Source: Octopus bimaculoides (lineage: Eukaryota). Taken from it: DNA of 32,352 nt. The translations under genes were made by a program, and so were the position numbers. The stretch lies in assembly GCF_001194135.2 (NCBI RefSeq), contig NC_068992.1:15716742-15749093 (forward strand), read 5' to 3'. The notes below the pieces were generated by a model, which had not been told where the DNA came from, searched no databases, and saw nothing but the letters and a program-made list of their open reading frames with translations. Shown here in pieces: positions 1-9,572 of the stretch; the first letter of the stretch is position 1, and each line of letters begins with the position of its first letter.

Positions 1-151
1 CTTCTTTCAGTTTCCGTCTACCAAATCCACTCACAAGGCTTTGGTCGGCCTGAGGCTATAGTAGAAGACACTTGCCCAAGGTGCTAGGCAGTGGGACTGA
101 ACCTGGAACCATGTGGTTGGTAAGCAAGCTACTTACCACACAGCCACTCCT
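1..151 (-). mobile_element. SINE family A, tRNA head + CORE-like segment (runs off the window edge)
   Basis: Reverse complement has A box TGGCTGTGTGG, B box GGTTCAGTCCC and CACCTTGGGCAAGTGTCTT, which resembles the CORE-SINE motif. Near-identical copies elsewhere in the window. Confidence 0.85.
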
Positions 152-157
152 GCTACA

Positions 158-285
158 CTTTACCTTTCATCCTTTCCGAGTTGATAAAATAAGTACCAGT
201 TGAACACTGGGATCAATGCAACCGACTTATCCCTCCCCTGAAAATGCACACCTTGCACCAAAATTTGAAATCAGTATTTATTAAA
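158..285 (+). mobile_element. SINE family B, 3' fragment
   Basis: CCTTTCATCCTTT..GATAAAATAAGTACCAGTT..CACTGGG matches the 16717 copy. Confidence 0.75.
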
Positions 286-322
286 ATGTTAGTTAAAGTA
301 TGGGGAAAATATGACAACATAC

Positions 323-374
323 CATAATTTTGTATGAGTTGGTCTAACTCAGGAGAATCCGTCATGCTGCCAAC
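323..374 (-). CDS. Candidate 52-nt exon of an unidentified minus-strand gene
   Basis: Acceptor gtttctttttcag| and donor |gtatgt. Only one frame is open: VGSMTDSPELDQLIQNY. Confidence 0.4.
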
Positions 375-617
375 CTGAAAAAGAAACTGTTTTACATTAA
401 ATGAATTAAATAAATTTTTAAATATTTTTACACATATACTGAGTTAGAATTTGGCATTTTCTGGTGTTTTATGCTTTGTTTCTTTCTGAATTTTTTATAT
501 GTAAAAATAGAAATTAATAACTTCATTTCCAGAGATTTCTCCTCCCCCACCTGGAGATGAGAATTGTTAATTCCTTCAAAGATATCCAAAGAACTTAGAT
601 GACATGCTTTTCATTTT

Positions 618-1007
618 TCTTTTATCTTTCGCTGGTTTCAGTCATTAGACCGCTGCCATGCTGGACCACCACCTTGAATTTTTAGTCAAATAAAATGAAT
701 CACCTCAAGTACTTCTTTTGTAAGCCTAGTACTTATTCTGTCACTTTTGGTGAACTACTAAGTTAAGGGAATGAAAACATACCAACACCAGTTGCTGAGT
801 GGTAGTGGGGGACAAGTACAGATGCACACACAAACACACACACACATATACAACTCACTTCTTTCACTTTCTGCCAAATCTACTTACAAGGATTTGGTCG
901 GCTCAAGGCTATAATAGAAGACACTTGCCCAAGGTGCCACAGAGTAGGACTGAACCCAGAACACTGTGACTGGGAAGCAAACTTCTTACCACACAGCCAC
1001 ATCTGCA
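618..1007 (-). mobile_element. SINE family A, full length, diverged
   Basis: Head (860-1007), (CA)n spacer and 3' module (GCATGGC..GACTGAAAC) all present. Confidence 0.8.
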
Positions 1008-1308
1008 CCTATACTTATTGATGTTTGCAAGGTAGATCTTATTCTAAAATAGGTATACATGTATGCATGTATGTGTGTATGACTGTATGTCAGTGCAGAT
1101 ATGACCCTAGATTCCTTATTGGATATTCTCATTTTTAGCTACAGAAATCTTTCTCATCGAAGACAAAACTAACAAGAATAGAATTGAGAGATCTTTTCAG
1201 ACTGAGGAGGAATTCGGTCATTAGCCAAAGAGAAGATGAGATCAGCCCAACAGTATGAAAATTATATTAATTTCCTATTTAACAATATTTTAATATCTTC
1301 TTAAAATT

Positions 1309-1700
1309 TAGGTGTGGTTGTGTAGTAAGAAGCTTGCTTCTCAACCACATGGTTGGTGGTTCAGTCCCACTGTGCGACACCTTAGGCAATCATCTTCCAC
1401 TATAGCCTCGGGCTGGCCAAGCCTTGTGAGTGGATATGACTGACGGGAACTGAAAGAAGCTCATTGTGTGTGTGTGTGTGTGTGTGTCTTTGTCTCTATG
1501 TTTGTCTCCCACCACCGCCTGACAACTGGTGTTGGTGTGTTTATGTCCCTGTAACTTAGCACTTCTTGCAAAAAAGACCAACAGAATAAATACCAGGCTT
1601 AAAAAGAAATAAGCACTAGGGTCGATTCATTTGACAAAAAATTCCTCAAAGTGGTGCTCCAGCATGGCCATAGTCTAAATGACTGAAACAAGTAAAAGAG
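1309..1700 (+). mobile_element. SINE family A, full length
   Basis: Head, (TG)n spacer at about 1466-1487, and 3' module ending GACTGAAACAAGTAAAAGAG. Confidence 0.85.
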
Positions 1701-2004
1701 GAATAGTACTGGGCTGGTGCTGAGGGTAGATGATTGGAAGATTAGTTAGAGCATTGAGAAAATGTCTTGCAGTATTTATTCCAGTTTTTATATTCCAAGT
1801 CCAGATCCTTTCAAGGTCTTTTATCCCTCCAGGGTGTATAAAATAGTGTTATTATTTCATAGATAGGTGTAATTGTCTCAACTCTGTTCTCTTGAAAATT
1901 GTCAGCCTTGTACCTAAATTAGAATTTTTACCAGTTTACTTTGATTTAACATAGAAATAAATAGAAACAAATAGAAACAGGCTTAAAGTTGCTAAACTAG
2001 TAAA

Positions 2005-2150
2005 GGTAGGACAGAGGTCAACTTTGCCTTTCATCCTTTCGGGGGTCGATAAATTAGGTACCAGTTACGCACTGAGGTCAATGTAATCGACTTAATCCCT
2101 TTGTCTGTCCTTGTTTTTCCCCTGTATGTTTAGCCCCTTGTGGGCAATAA
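2005..2150 (+). mobile_element. SINE family B, 5'-truncated (an older degenerate B copy lies at about 1705-1930)
   Basis: GGTCAACTTTGCCTTTCATCCTTTCGGGGGTCGATAAATTAGGTACCAGTTACGCACTG with an A-rich tail. Confidence 0.85.
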
Positions 2151-2284
2151 AAAAAAAAATAACTATATGACAAGCAAACATTATAGAACTTCAGTCAAAC
2201 TGTTCGTACATTTTTATCAGACAAAAAAAATTAATTATGGATGTTTGCATTTAAACTTTTTAGTTTAGCATCATAACTGGTGAT

Positions 2285-2556
2285 CCCCGCCAGTGCAGGT
2301 GCCACTTAAAAAGTACTCAGTCCACCTTGTAAAGTGGTTGGCATTTGGAAGGTCAGCCAGCTGTAAGAACCATGCTGAAACTTGACCATCCCCCACTGTG
2401 CGAGTGCCATGTAAAAAGCATTCAGCCCACTCTATGAAGTTGTTGGTGTTAAGAAGGGCATCCAGCCATAAAAACCTTGCCAAAACACATGACCAGCTCC
2501 TGTCAAACCATCCAACCCATGCCAGCATGAAAGGAATACGTTATATGATGATGATG
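2285..2556 (+). mobile_element. Family D (RTE-type 3' UTR/tail element), diverged
   Basis: GTGGTTGG..GAAGGGCATCCAGC..CCAACCCATGCCAGCATG..(GAT)n tail. Confidence 0.75.
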
Positions 2557-3164
2557 AGAAAATGAAGCTAAAAATAGTTGCATTGTATTACATGACTGCG
2601 TTATTAACATTCAGCTATAAAAGGTATATGCTTAATCCTATCAGATCAGCTTAACACATAGCAAACATGATTCTCTTAAGTATATCTAACTTTAACTTCA
2701 CTTTTCCTAAGACCCAAAGTTTACAGCACAGCACACCATAATATAATATCACCAAGCAAACAAATGTCTATAAAACTTCACCCATTAATACAAAACTTCA
2801 CCTGTTTAATGAACATAAGCCAATACTTATTTCTCAGAGTATAAAATTATTACAAAGAAATTAAGTCAAAAGAAAATTTAGCACACGACTAAATGAATTC
2901 TTCCTTCCCAGAAGTATGTGCATTCTTGATTCTTGTGAAATATATTTCCACTAGCTTGAGATAATGGTCATTTTCAACTAAACTACTAAACTTTGTAGAT
3001 GGAAACTATTGAAGGTTGTTGTATATGTGAATGTGTGTGGGTGTATCTTTGTGTTTGTTCTCACTGACTTGAAACTGCTTGATCATGGTTGTTAGTTTGT
3101 TTACATTCTTGTAACATGGCAGTTCACCAAAAGAGACCAATAAAATAAGTATCAGACTTAAATA

Positions 3165-3765
3165 AGGAATGGCTGTGTGGTAAGTAGCTTGCTTACCAAC
3201 CACATAGTTCCGGGTTCAGTCCCACTGCGTGCCATCTTGGGCAAATGTCTTCTACTATAGCCTCGGGCCGACCAAAGCCTTGTGAGTGGATTTGGTAGAC
3301 AGAAACTGAAAGAAGCCCATCGTATATCTGTATATATATCTGTCTCTGAGTGGACTACACTCTCTGAGTGGTTGGCGTTAGGAAGGGCATCCAGCTGTAG
3401 AAACTCTGCCAAATCAGACTGGAGCCTGGTGTTGCCATCCGGTTTCACCAGTCCTCAGTCAAATCGTCCAACCCATGCTAGCATGGAAAGCGGATGTTAA
3501 ACGATGATGATGATGATGATGATGATATATATATCTATGTGTGTGTTTATGTGTCTGTGTTTGTCCCCCTAGCATTGCTTGACAAACGATGCTGGTGTGT
3601 TTATGTCCCAGTCACTTAGTGGATCGGCAAAAGAGACCGATAGAATAAGTACTAGGCTTACAAAGAATAAGTCCCAGGATCGATTTGCTCGACTAAAGGC
3701 GGTGCTCCAGCATGGCCACAGTCAAATGTCTGAAACAAGTAAAAGAGTAAAAGAGTAAAAAAGTA
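3165..3765 (+). mobile_element. SINE family A with a young family D element (3355-3526) nested in its microsatellite spacer
   Basis: A head at 3165-3320, D body ending in (GAT)n, then the A 3' module at 3540-3765. Confidence 0.85.
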
Positions 3766-4210
3766 ATATATATATTGGGGTTATTTAGTTTGAGTAAACC
3801 TTTTAAGGCTGTGCTGTAATATGGCTGCTCTCCAATGACTAAAACCAGTAAAAGATAAACGATAAAATTGTGTCACATACTGGATTAAGTATGGCTGTGA
3901 TCTTTATCTTTCTGGGTTTTGAATGGTGTCTATTTTCAGAATAATATATACAGTTGCTTGTTCCAGTTAATGATTCTTGGTAGATGTTGAAAGTGTTAAT
4001 TTCAGTTAGCTAATTATCATGTTTTAGTTACATTGCTTGATCAAAATAATTGTGATGACTTGGCTATCATAATTCACAATCAATGGAGGGGAATGTGCTG
4101 CTCAAAAATGTTAATAATTTGTTATTAATAATAGTGTACTGTCTTCAGTAAAGGAAATCCTAGTTTTACAAATTGTTTTTCTCATGTGGTCTAGTGGTTA
4201 GGATGCAGTT

Positions 4211-4261
4211 TCCCATGTGGTCTAGTGGTTAGGATTCCTGGCTCAATTCCTGGCGTGGGAA
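4211..4261 (+). pseudogene. tRNA-Glu-derived pseudogene with internal deletion; 5' half duplicated at 4180-4204
   Basis: TCCCATGTGGTCTAGTGGTTAGGATTCCTGG|CTCAATTCCTGGCGTGGGAA aligns to both ends of metazoan tRNA-Glu (TCCCAyATGGTCTAGCGGTTAGGATTCCTGG...GTTCGACTCCCGGTrTGGGAA). The anticodon and variable region are missing. Confidence 0.75.
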
Positions 4262-4281
4262 CTGGTTAACTTTGTATGCAT

Positions 4282-4420
4282 GGGCATGGCTGAGTGGTTA
4301 GGAAGCTTGCTTCCCAGCTACATGGTTTCGGGTTCAGTCCCACCGTGTGGCACTTTGGGCAAGTGTCTTCTATAGCCCCGAGCCGACCAAAGCTTTGTGA
4401 TTGAATTTGGTAGGCGGAAG
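4282..4420 (+). mobile_element. SINE family A head
   Basis: TGGCTGAGTGG A box, GGTTCAGTCCC B box, CTTTGGGCAAGTGTCTTC. Confidence 0.8.
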
Positions 4421-5169
4421 TTACTGCCGTGTGTGTATATGTCTGTGTATGTGCTTGTGCCTCTCCGAAAGAGAGAGAGGGAAACGAAATATGATTAGCC
4501 TAATCCCATTATATCTAAGACAAGTTGATGGTGAATACAGAATAGCGACAAAAAAATCAAAGAAGAAAAAACGATTTCTATTAGAGAATAAACCAATTTG
4601 ATTTGCAGTAAATAATTTCTGTTGTGAAAGAGTAATTACAAAATCATAGGGTCAAAGGTCATGACAAAATATTCTTCAACTAAAAAATCAGCAGATATTT
4701 TACTGAACATATTCTTTAAATTATCATGTGTGTGTGTGTGTGTGTGTGTACGTACGTAATCTTTTTAAAACCTCTATAAAAATATCGATGCTGTAGTTCA
4801 TGTACGATTAAGGTCTCAAAGATGAAGTCCTGAAAAACAGCATTTATTTTCAGATGCACCATTGTCAAAGAACACTATTGCAGAACATATTATACCTGAA
4901 AACTTAAACTACCTTAAGAAAAATAAAATACATTCTTCTTTTTTTTTTTTTTTGCCTTTTCCATTGTCATTGATGAAAGCAGACATTATTGATGTGGTAT
5001 ATCTTTGCCTTTTTATACAAAATGCCCCTCTTTTTCTCCCAACTTGAGTATCCATGTACCTCCACTACAGCAAGACACTTGTTCCTGTCCCTCTTTCTTA
5101 TTTTAACCCCTCATCACCTATCACGATCCCACCTTCCTCAATATTACTCCCCGTTCAATTGAGGGGTCT

Positions 5170-5452
5170 TTCTCTTGCAAGTAACTTAGTGACGTCCCTG
5201 GTGTTGATGCCACGTAAAGAGTACCCAGTATACTCAGTAAAGTGGTTGGCGTTAGGAAAGGCATCCAGCCGTAGAAACCACCACAAATCAGATAGTAAGA
5301 ATACGCACACCACCCGTTTTCGGCGTAACCCTAATCCTAACCCTAACCTTAACCCTAAACCCTAGTTCAGTTCTTTAGCTTGTCAGATCTGTCAAATCAT
5401 CCAACTCATGCCAGCATCATGGAAAACGAACGCTAAATAGTGATGATGATGG
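5170..5452 (+). mobile_element. Family D element interrupted by a (CCCTAA)-like insert at 5295-5364
   Basis: GTGGTTGGCGTTAGGAAAGGCATCCAGCCGTAGAAAC precedes the insert; CATCCAACTCATGCCAGCAT..GATGATGATG follows it. Confidence 0.75.
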
Positions 5453-5525
5453 TGTATAATGAATGTGTGTGTGTGTGTGTATTCGTGGGTTACATCCGAG
5501 AAAACTAAGACTCAGTACACGAAAT

Positions 5526-5656
5526 GCTGGCGAAGGTAAAGAATACGCACATCCAGTGTTAGGGGTTAGGATTAGGGTTTAGGGTTAAAGTTAGGGTTAG
5601 GATTAGGATTAGGGTTACGCCGAAAACGGGTGATGTGCGTATTTTTTACCTCCAGC
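5526..5656. mobile_element. MITE-like element with TIRs enclosing TTAGGG-like repeats
   Basis: TIR GGTAAAGAATACGCACATC (5535-5553) versus GATGTGCGTATTTTTTACC (5632-5650), 18/19 complementary. Flanking direct repeat CGAAAT(GCT) at 5520 and 5657. Confidence 0.7.
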
Positions 5657-5704
5657 CGAAATGCTTTAGTATTAAAACATTTGAACACTTGTTATTTATA
5701 TCAA

Positions 5705-6040
5705 ATATATACACACATGTATGTATATATGTATGTGTATGCATGTATGTAAACATGTGTAGATGTATGTACGTATAAGTTTAGATGTATGCATGTATGT
5801 ATGCATAAATGTATGTACGTATGTGTGTATGTACGTGTGTGTATGTATGTACGTGTGTGTGTGTATGTATGTATACATGCATGCATGTATGTATGTATGC
5901 ATGCATGCATGTATGTATGTATGTATGTATGTACGTGTGTATGTATGTATGTATGTACGTGTGTATGTACGTGTATATGTATGTATGTATGTACGTATGT
6001 ATGTGTGTATGCATGTGTATATGTACGTGTGTGTGTGTGT
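5705..6040. repeat. Compound (TATG)n/(TG)n microsatellite
   Basis: Visible tandem TGTA/TGCA/TACG units. Source of several spurious ORFs in the track. Confidence 0.95.
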
Positions 6041-6984
6041 GGAGCAACATGAGGATTTAAAGAGAAAATATCATACAATGGTTTACCGACATTAAACAAA
6101 AGATCGTCTATTGCCTATCATTTTGATCGAACGTATAACAGAGAAATAAACATCATAAAACACTCACAAAGTTTTTCTCTACACAAAGTTTTGACATCAA
6201 ACAACAGAAACTGTTATCTTTTCCAAAATGTCCAATCCGTCAAAGCGATATCTATCGGGATATTTTGTTTATCGTGTTTTTAAATTTTAATAAAATTTCA
6301 AAATATCATTGTAGTTTATATCATGCTATCTTTCATAATATATTTTTGAGGATTAAAATAAAAAAGAAAGTTATAAAGGAAGTCGTCTGCATTAAAAAAT
6401 ACATATCTATAATATATACGGAAACAGCCGAATCTTTCCATTTTCGGCCATTTTGTTGTATATCTGCATATTGTAATATACAATACCGGATATTTATCCG
6501 GTTTCCAGAAATTCGGAATTTCCAAAACTCCGGAAATACCGTGCAATGTTTGTATTGGGAAAACAAATCCAGCTTTTGAAGTTGGTTAATATGCATACAG
6601 TGTGTTTAATATAGTTTATTCTTTATTTCGTAAAGTAGATTCATAAAATTGAACATATTCTGCTTTTGAATTATATTAATTTGTGCCTGTATCTGTAAAA
6701 TAAAATCATGTTCTTCACTTTTCTTCGTTTAATTTTCATCCTATAAATATTATACTGTATACATGGTGCAGTATGATATATTTAAGAAGTTTAAGTCGAT
6801 TAATAAATATCAAACAGACCCTGCTTTTGAAGAGTATTAATTCGAATCTCTTGAATACAATTTTGCTCTGTATTTTTCGTAGTTTATTATCTATTTTACA
6901 TATATTTAGAATGTCTCCCGAAAACCGAGACACTTCGTGTCTTAAGCTTGCCAGACAATTTATCCGGATCTGTATATAAAATTT

Positions 6985-7660
6985 TGGCTCTTTACGTTTT
7001 GAGTTCAAATTTCGCTGCAGTCATCTTTACCTTTCATCCATTCAAAAATCCATGAAATAGAAAGTATCGATTAACCTCTTTCCCTCAAAACTGGTGACAT
7101 TGCGCCTAAATCAGAAACCATTATGATTAAATAGACGTCTATGCCGTTTCACGGCCTACTAGAAATTACACCCAATTCACCGTTATTTAAAATTAGGTAG
7201 GGACACACTGGATAACGTAGTCCTACATAGCTCCCACCACCAAAGGCGGGATAGTCACGGTTGAAATGTCTTCAAATATACGCTTGCTTAATCAGAAATA
7301 ATCTGGGGGTAAACAACAACACATAAAATATTGACAGTGTAGTGAAAGAGCGTCGGATGTGTTTTGTATTATTTGCTTCAGCTCTCTACACTTTGAATTC
7401 GAATCCTGGCAAGGTCAATTTTGCCTTCGGGGTCGATAAATAAAGTAACAGCCAAGTACCAATTTAATCGACAAGCCCCAGCTCCTGCCCCAAAATTTCA
7501 GGCTTTATGCCTATAGTAGAAAGGATAATAATTATTATTATTAAGGCAGCGAGCTGGTAGTATCGTTAGCACGCTGGGCGAAATGTTCAGCGGCATTTCG
7601 TTCGTCTTTATGTTCTGAGCTCAAATTCCGCCGAGGTCGATAAATTAAGTATCAGTCAAA
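6985..7660 (+). mobile_element. Cluster of three diverged SINE B copies (about 6985-7110, 7335-7525, 7543-7660) with another repeat tail ending AACAACAAC at about 7130-7320
   Basis: Recurrent GAGTTCAAATT..GGTCGATAAA..AAGTA motifs matching the 16717 copy. Confidence 0.7.
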
Positions 7661-8031
7661 TACTAGTGTAAAAAGTATGATATAAGTGATAGTTTGTCAT
7701 AGAGACTTTAGTCTCTCTCTATCACCTTTCAACAGCATTGTATATGAAGAGACATTAGAACAATTAACAACATATTAAAAAGGTTTTATTTATGACTATG
7801 ATGCTTGGTTTCACAATTCCTGTCATTCTGCTTAGCAGACGCTGATTAAGTTGTAGTTTGGTATTGGAAGGTTAAGGGCTTCCTTGATGCCTACCAGAGA
7901 AGCAAGTTGCTATCACCATCGAAGGCATCGAGGTGAAGAGTGCTTCGTTGAGGAGCGGGGAGTTGTCACGTAGAAGGTCTGTCGCTCAACTCTTAAGAAA
8001 GTGAAACTCACTCTTTAAGTACCAGTTTTAC

Positions 8032-8084
8032 TACGCATGCACACTCGAGGGGCTTCCGGTGGTGAAGTCCCTTGCGCATGCGCA
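8032..8084. promoter_or_regulatory. Housekeeping-type promoter motif cluster (NRF1 + ETS)
   Basis: Perfect NRF1 palindrome TGCGCATGCGCA at 8073-8084, a second NRF1-like TACGCATGCACA at 8032-8043, and ETS CTTCCGGT at 8053-8060, in unique CpG-containing DNA. Confidence 0.6.
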
Positions 8085-8506
8085 GAATAGTACTTGCTCA
8101 ATGGCAGCTATAATTTCGCGCCACTACATGGGAATAAAGTCTCCCTTGGTTTTGCTACGGAATCTGGCATACCATTGTATTACGTGTTGCGTATTCACTC
8201 GTGAAAATAATACAAGAAACAAACATTAGAATAACAGCGAGACTTAATTCATCCGCTAAATAATACAGTAGACAAAATAAACACATCACGGATTCTGGTG
8301 ATTGTACAGTTCATCTATCGTTTGGATAATTCAGCTCTGGCCGTCGTTAGTTACAAGTGCTTCGTTCTAACAGCAGGGAAGTATCATGACTCGCCTTCGT
8401 GAAAATCTCTCACCCCTCTATCACAGTTGTTTTGTTAACGCACCATATAGGCAGAGGTAGGCTCCAGTATAGATTCAGATTAGTTGTTGTAGAATGTATC
8501 CTCGAT

Positions 8507-8619
8507 CCAATCCCGCGCAATACTTGACCAATCAAAGTACAGGATTCAACCAATGTTCCAAGCTCAAATGATAAGTCAGACGACCAATCATTACAGATTA
8601 ACGTGTGAGCCTATAAAAA
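8507..8619 (+). promoter_or_regulatory. CCAAT x4 + TATA promoter-like module
   Basis: CCAAT at 8507, 8528, 8550 and 8584; TATAAAAA at 8612-8619; candidate donor AAAG|GTAAAA at 8673. Confidence 0.55.
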
Positions 8620-9231
8620 GCTAGTCGACTCCAATATGCTATTATAGAAATTGGTCTCGTTATTATTGAAAGGTAAAATTGACGTCGGCGGTCCTGGGCC
8701 AAAATTTGAAACCTGTATAATACTTACAGCTATAATTTACCGAATGATAAAATAAACGTGACGCAGGATCATGCCAGCATTAATTGGGTTCAGTTGGAGA
8801 ACAGAAAAGGTGTATGAGCTTATGTTTGAGAAAATAGATTATGTATGATCCTGCTTTACCAATTATTGAGTTGGGGAGAAAAAAAACTGAACTGAATTTT
8901 ATCATCTGCCCGTCGAGGGAAGGTATATTCGATGTAATGGTAGAAATAAATATTTCCTTAAAACTTCATGCTTTGTTCATCTTTCATCCGTTACATTTAT
9001 TTCTATGTTGTGTAACAAGTTTGATTTCCTGAATCCATAACCTTATTGTTTACGAATGTGGAACGCTGACTTACAAAACAGTCACCTTGTATTTCTACAT
9101 GACTTTTAATCTATCATCTGTATTATGTTTATTCAATAGTGCATTACAGCCCCCAGTCTGGCTCTCAGAAAACCTTACGCGTGAGTAATTTACAAATAAG
9201 TCAAATGAGTGTGTACATGAATACATTTGTA

Positions 9232-9462
9232 TTGGGTTGGTGCATAATTAATGCATCTTTTTTCAACAAATTTTATTCAACAAAAACAATAACATGCAAA
9301 AAACATCTTTAAATGATTATTCTAGAGTATATTCACCATCAACTTCAATTACTGCTTCCTATTTGCTTGGCAGATGGTCAGACCGTCATTTAAAGATGTT
9401 TTTGTTAAATATTGTTAGTGTTCTTGATGAATAAAATTTGCAATAATTGTGCACCAACCCAA
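9232..9462 (-). mobile_element. Mariner-derived MITE (internally deleted)
   Basis: TIRs TTGGGTTGGTGCATAATT and AATTGTGCACCAACCCAA resemble the Hsmar1/MADE1 TIR TTAGGTTGGTGCAAAAGT, with a left TA flank. The minus strand encodes a mariner C-terminal relic DHLPSK*EAVIEVDGEYTLE*. Confidence 0.85.
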
Positions 9463-9572
9463 TCTAGACATATGTATTTTTCATACACACATACGCGCGC
9501 GCACCCACATACATATATAGTACACGTACTCATATATAAACATAGATGTATATATAAATATATATATATATA

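Noticed and set aside
3158-3500. Recurrent ORFs MKPDGNTRLQSDLAEFLQLDAL.. and SEWLALGRASSCRNSA.. (also 17612, 19035, 30954)
   Set aside because: Recurrence reflects family D and SINE A repeat copies, not a protein family.
4510-4596. Mariner C-terminal QVDGEY fragment (and a mariner-like TIR at about 30720-30762)
   Set aside because: Too short and degraded to delimit as elements; noted only.
5295-5650. True telomere or chromosome-fusion site
   Set aside because: Repeats are short, degenerate and bounded by TIR-like unique sequence, which fits a mobile element better.
5696-6099. Stack of ORFs rich in H/T/Y/I/C/M/V (also at about 11.5-11.8, 12.9-13.2, 25.4-25.8 and 29.7-30.1 kb)
   Set aside because: Translations of (TATG)n/(CA)n/(TA)n microsatellites, not genes.
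8360-8420. U1 snRNA-like words (ATACTTCCCTG, CACGAAGG) on the minus strand
   Set aside because: Motifs are in the wrong order with no Sm site or U1 stems; coincidental.
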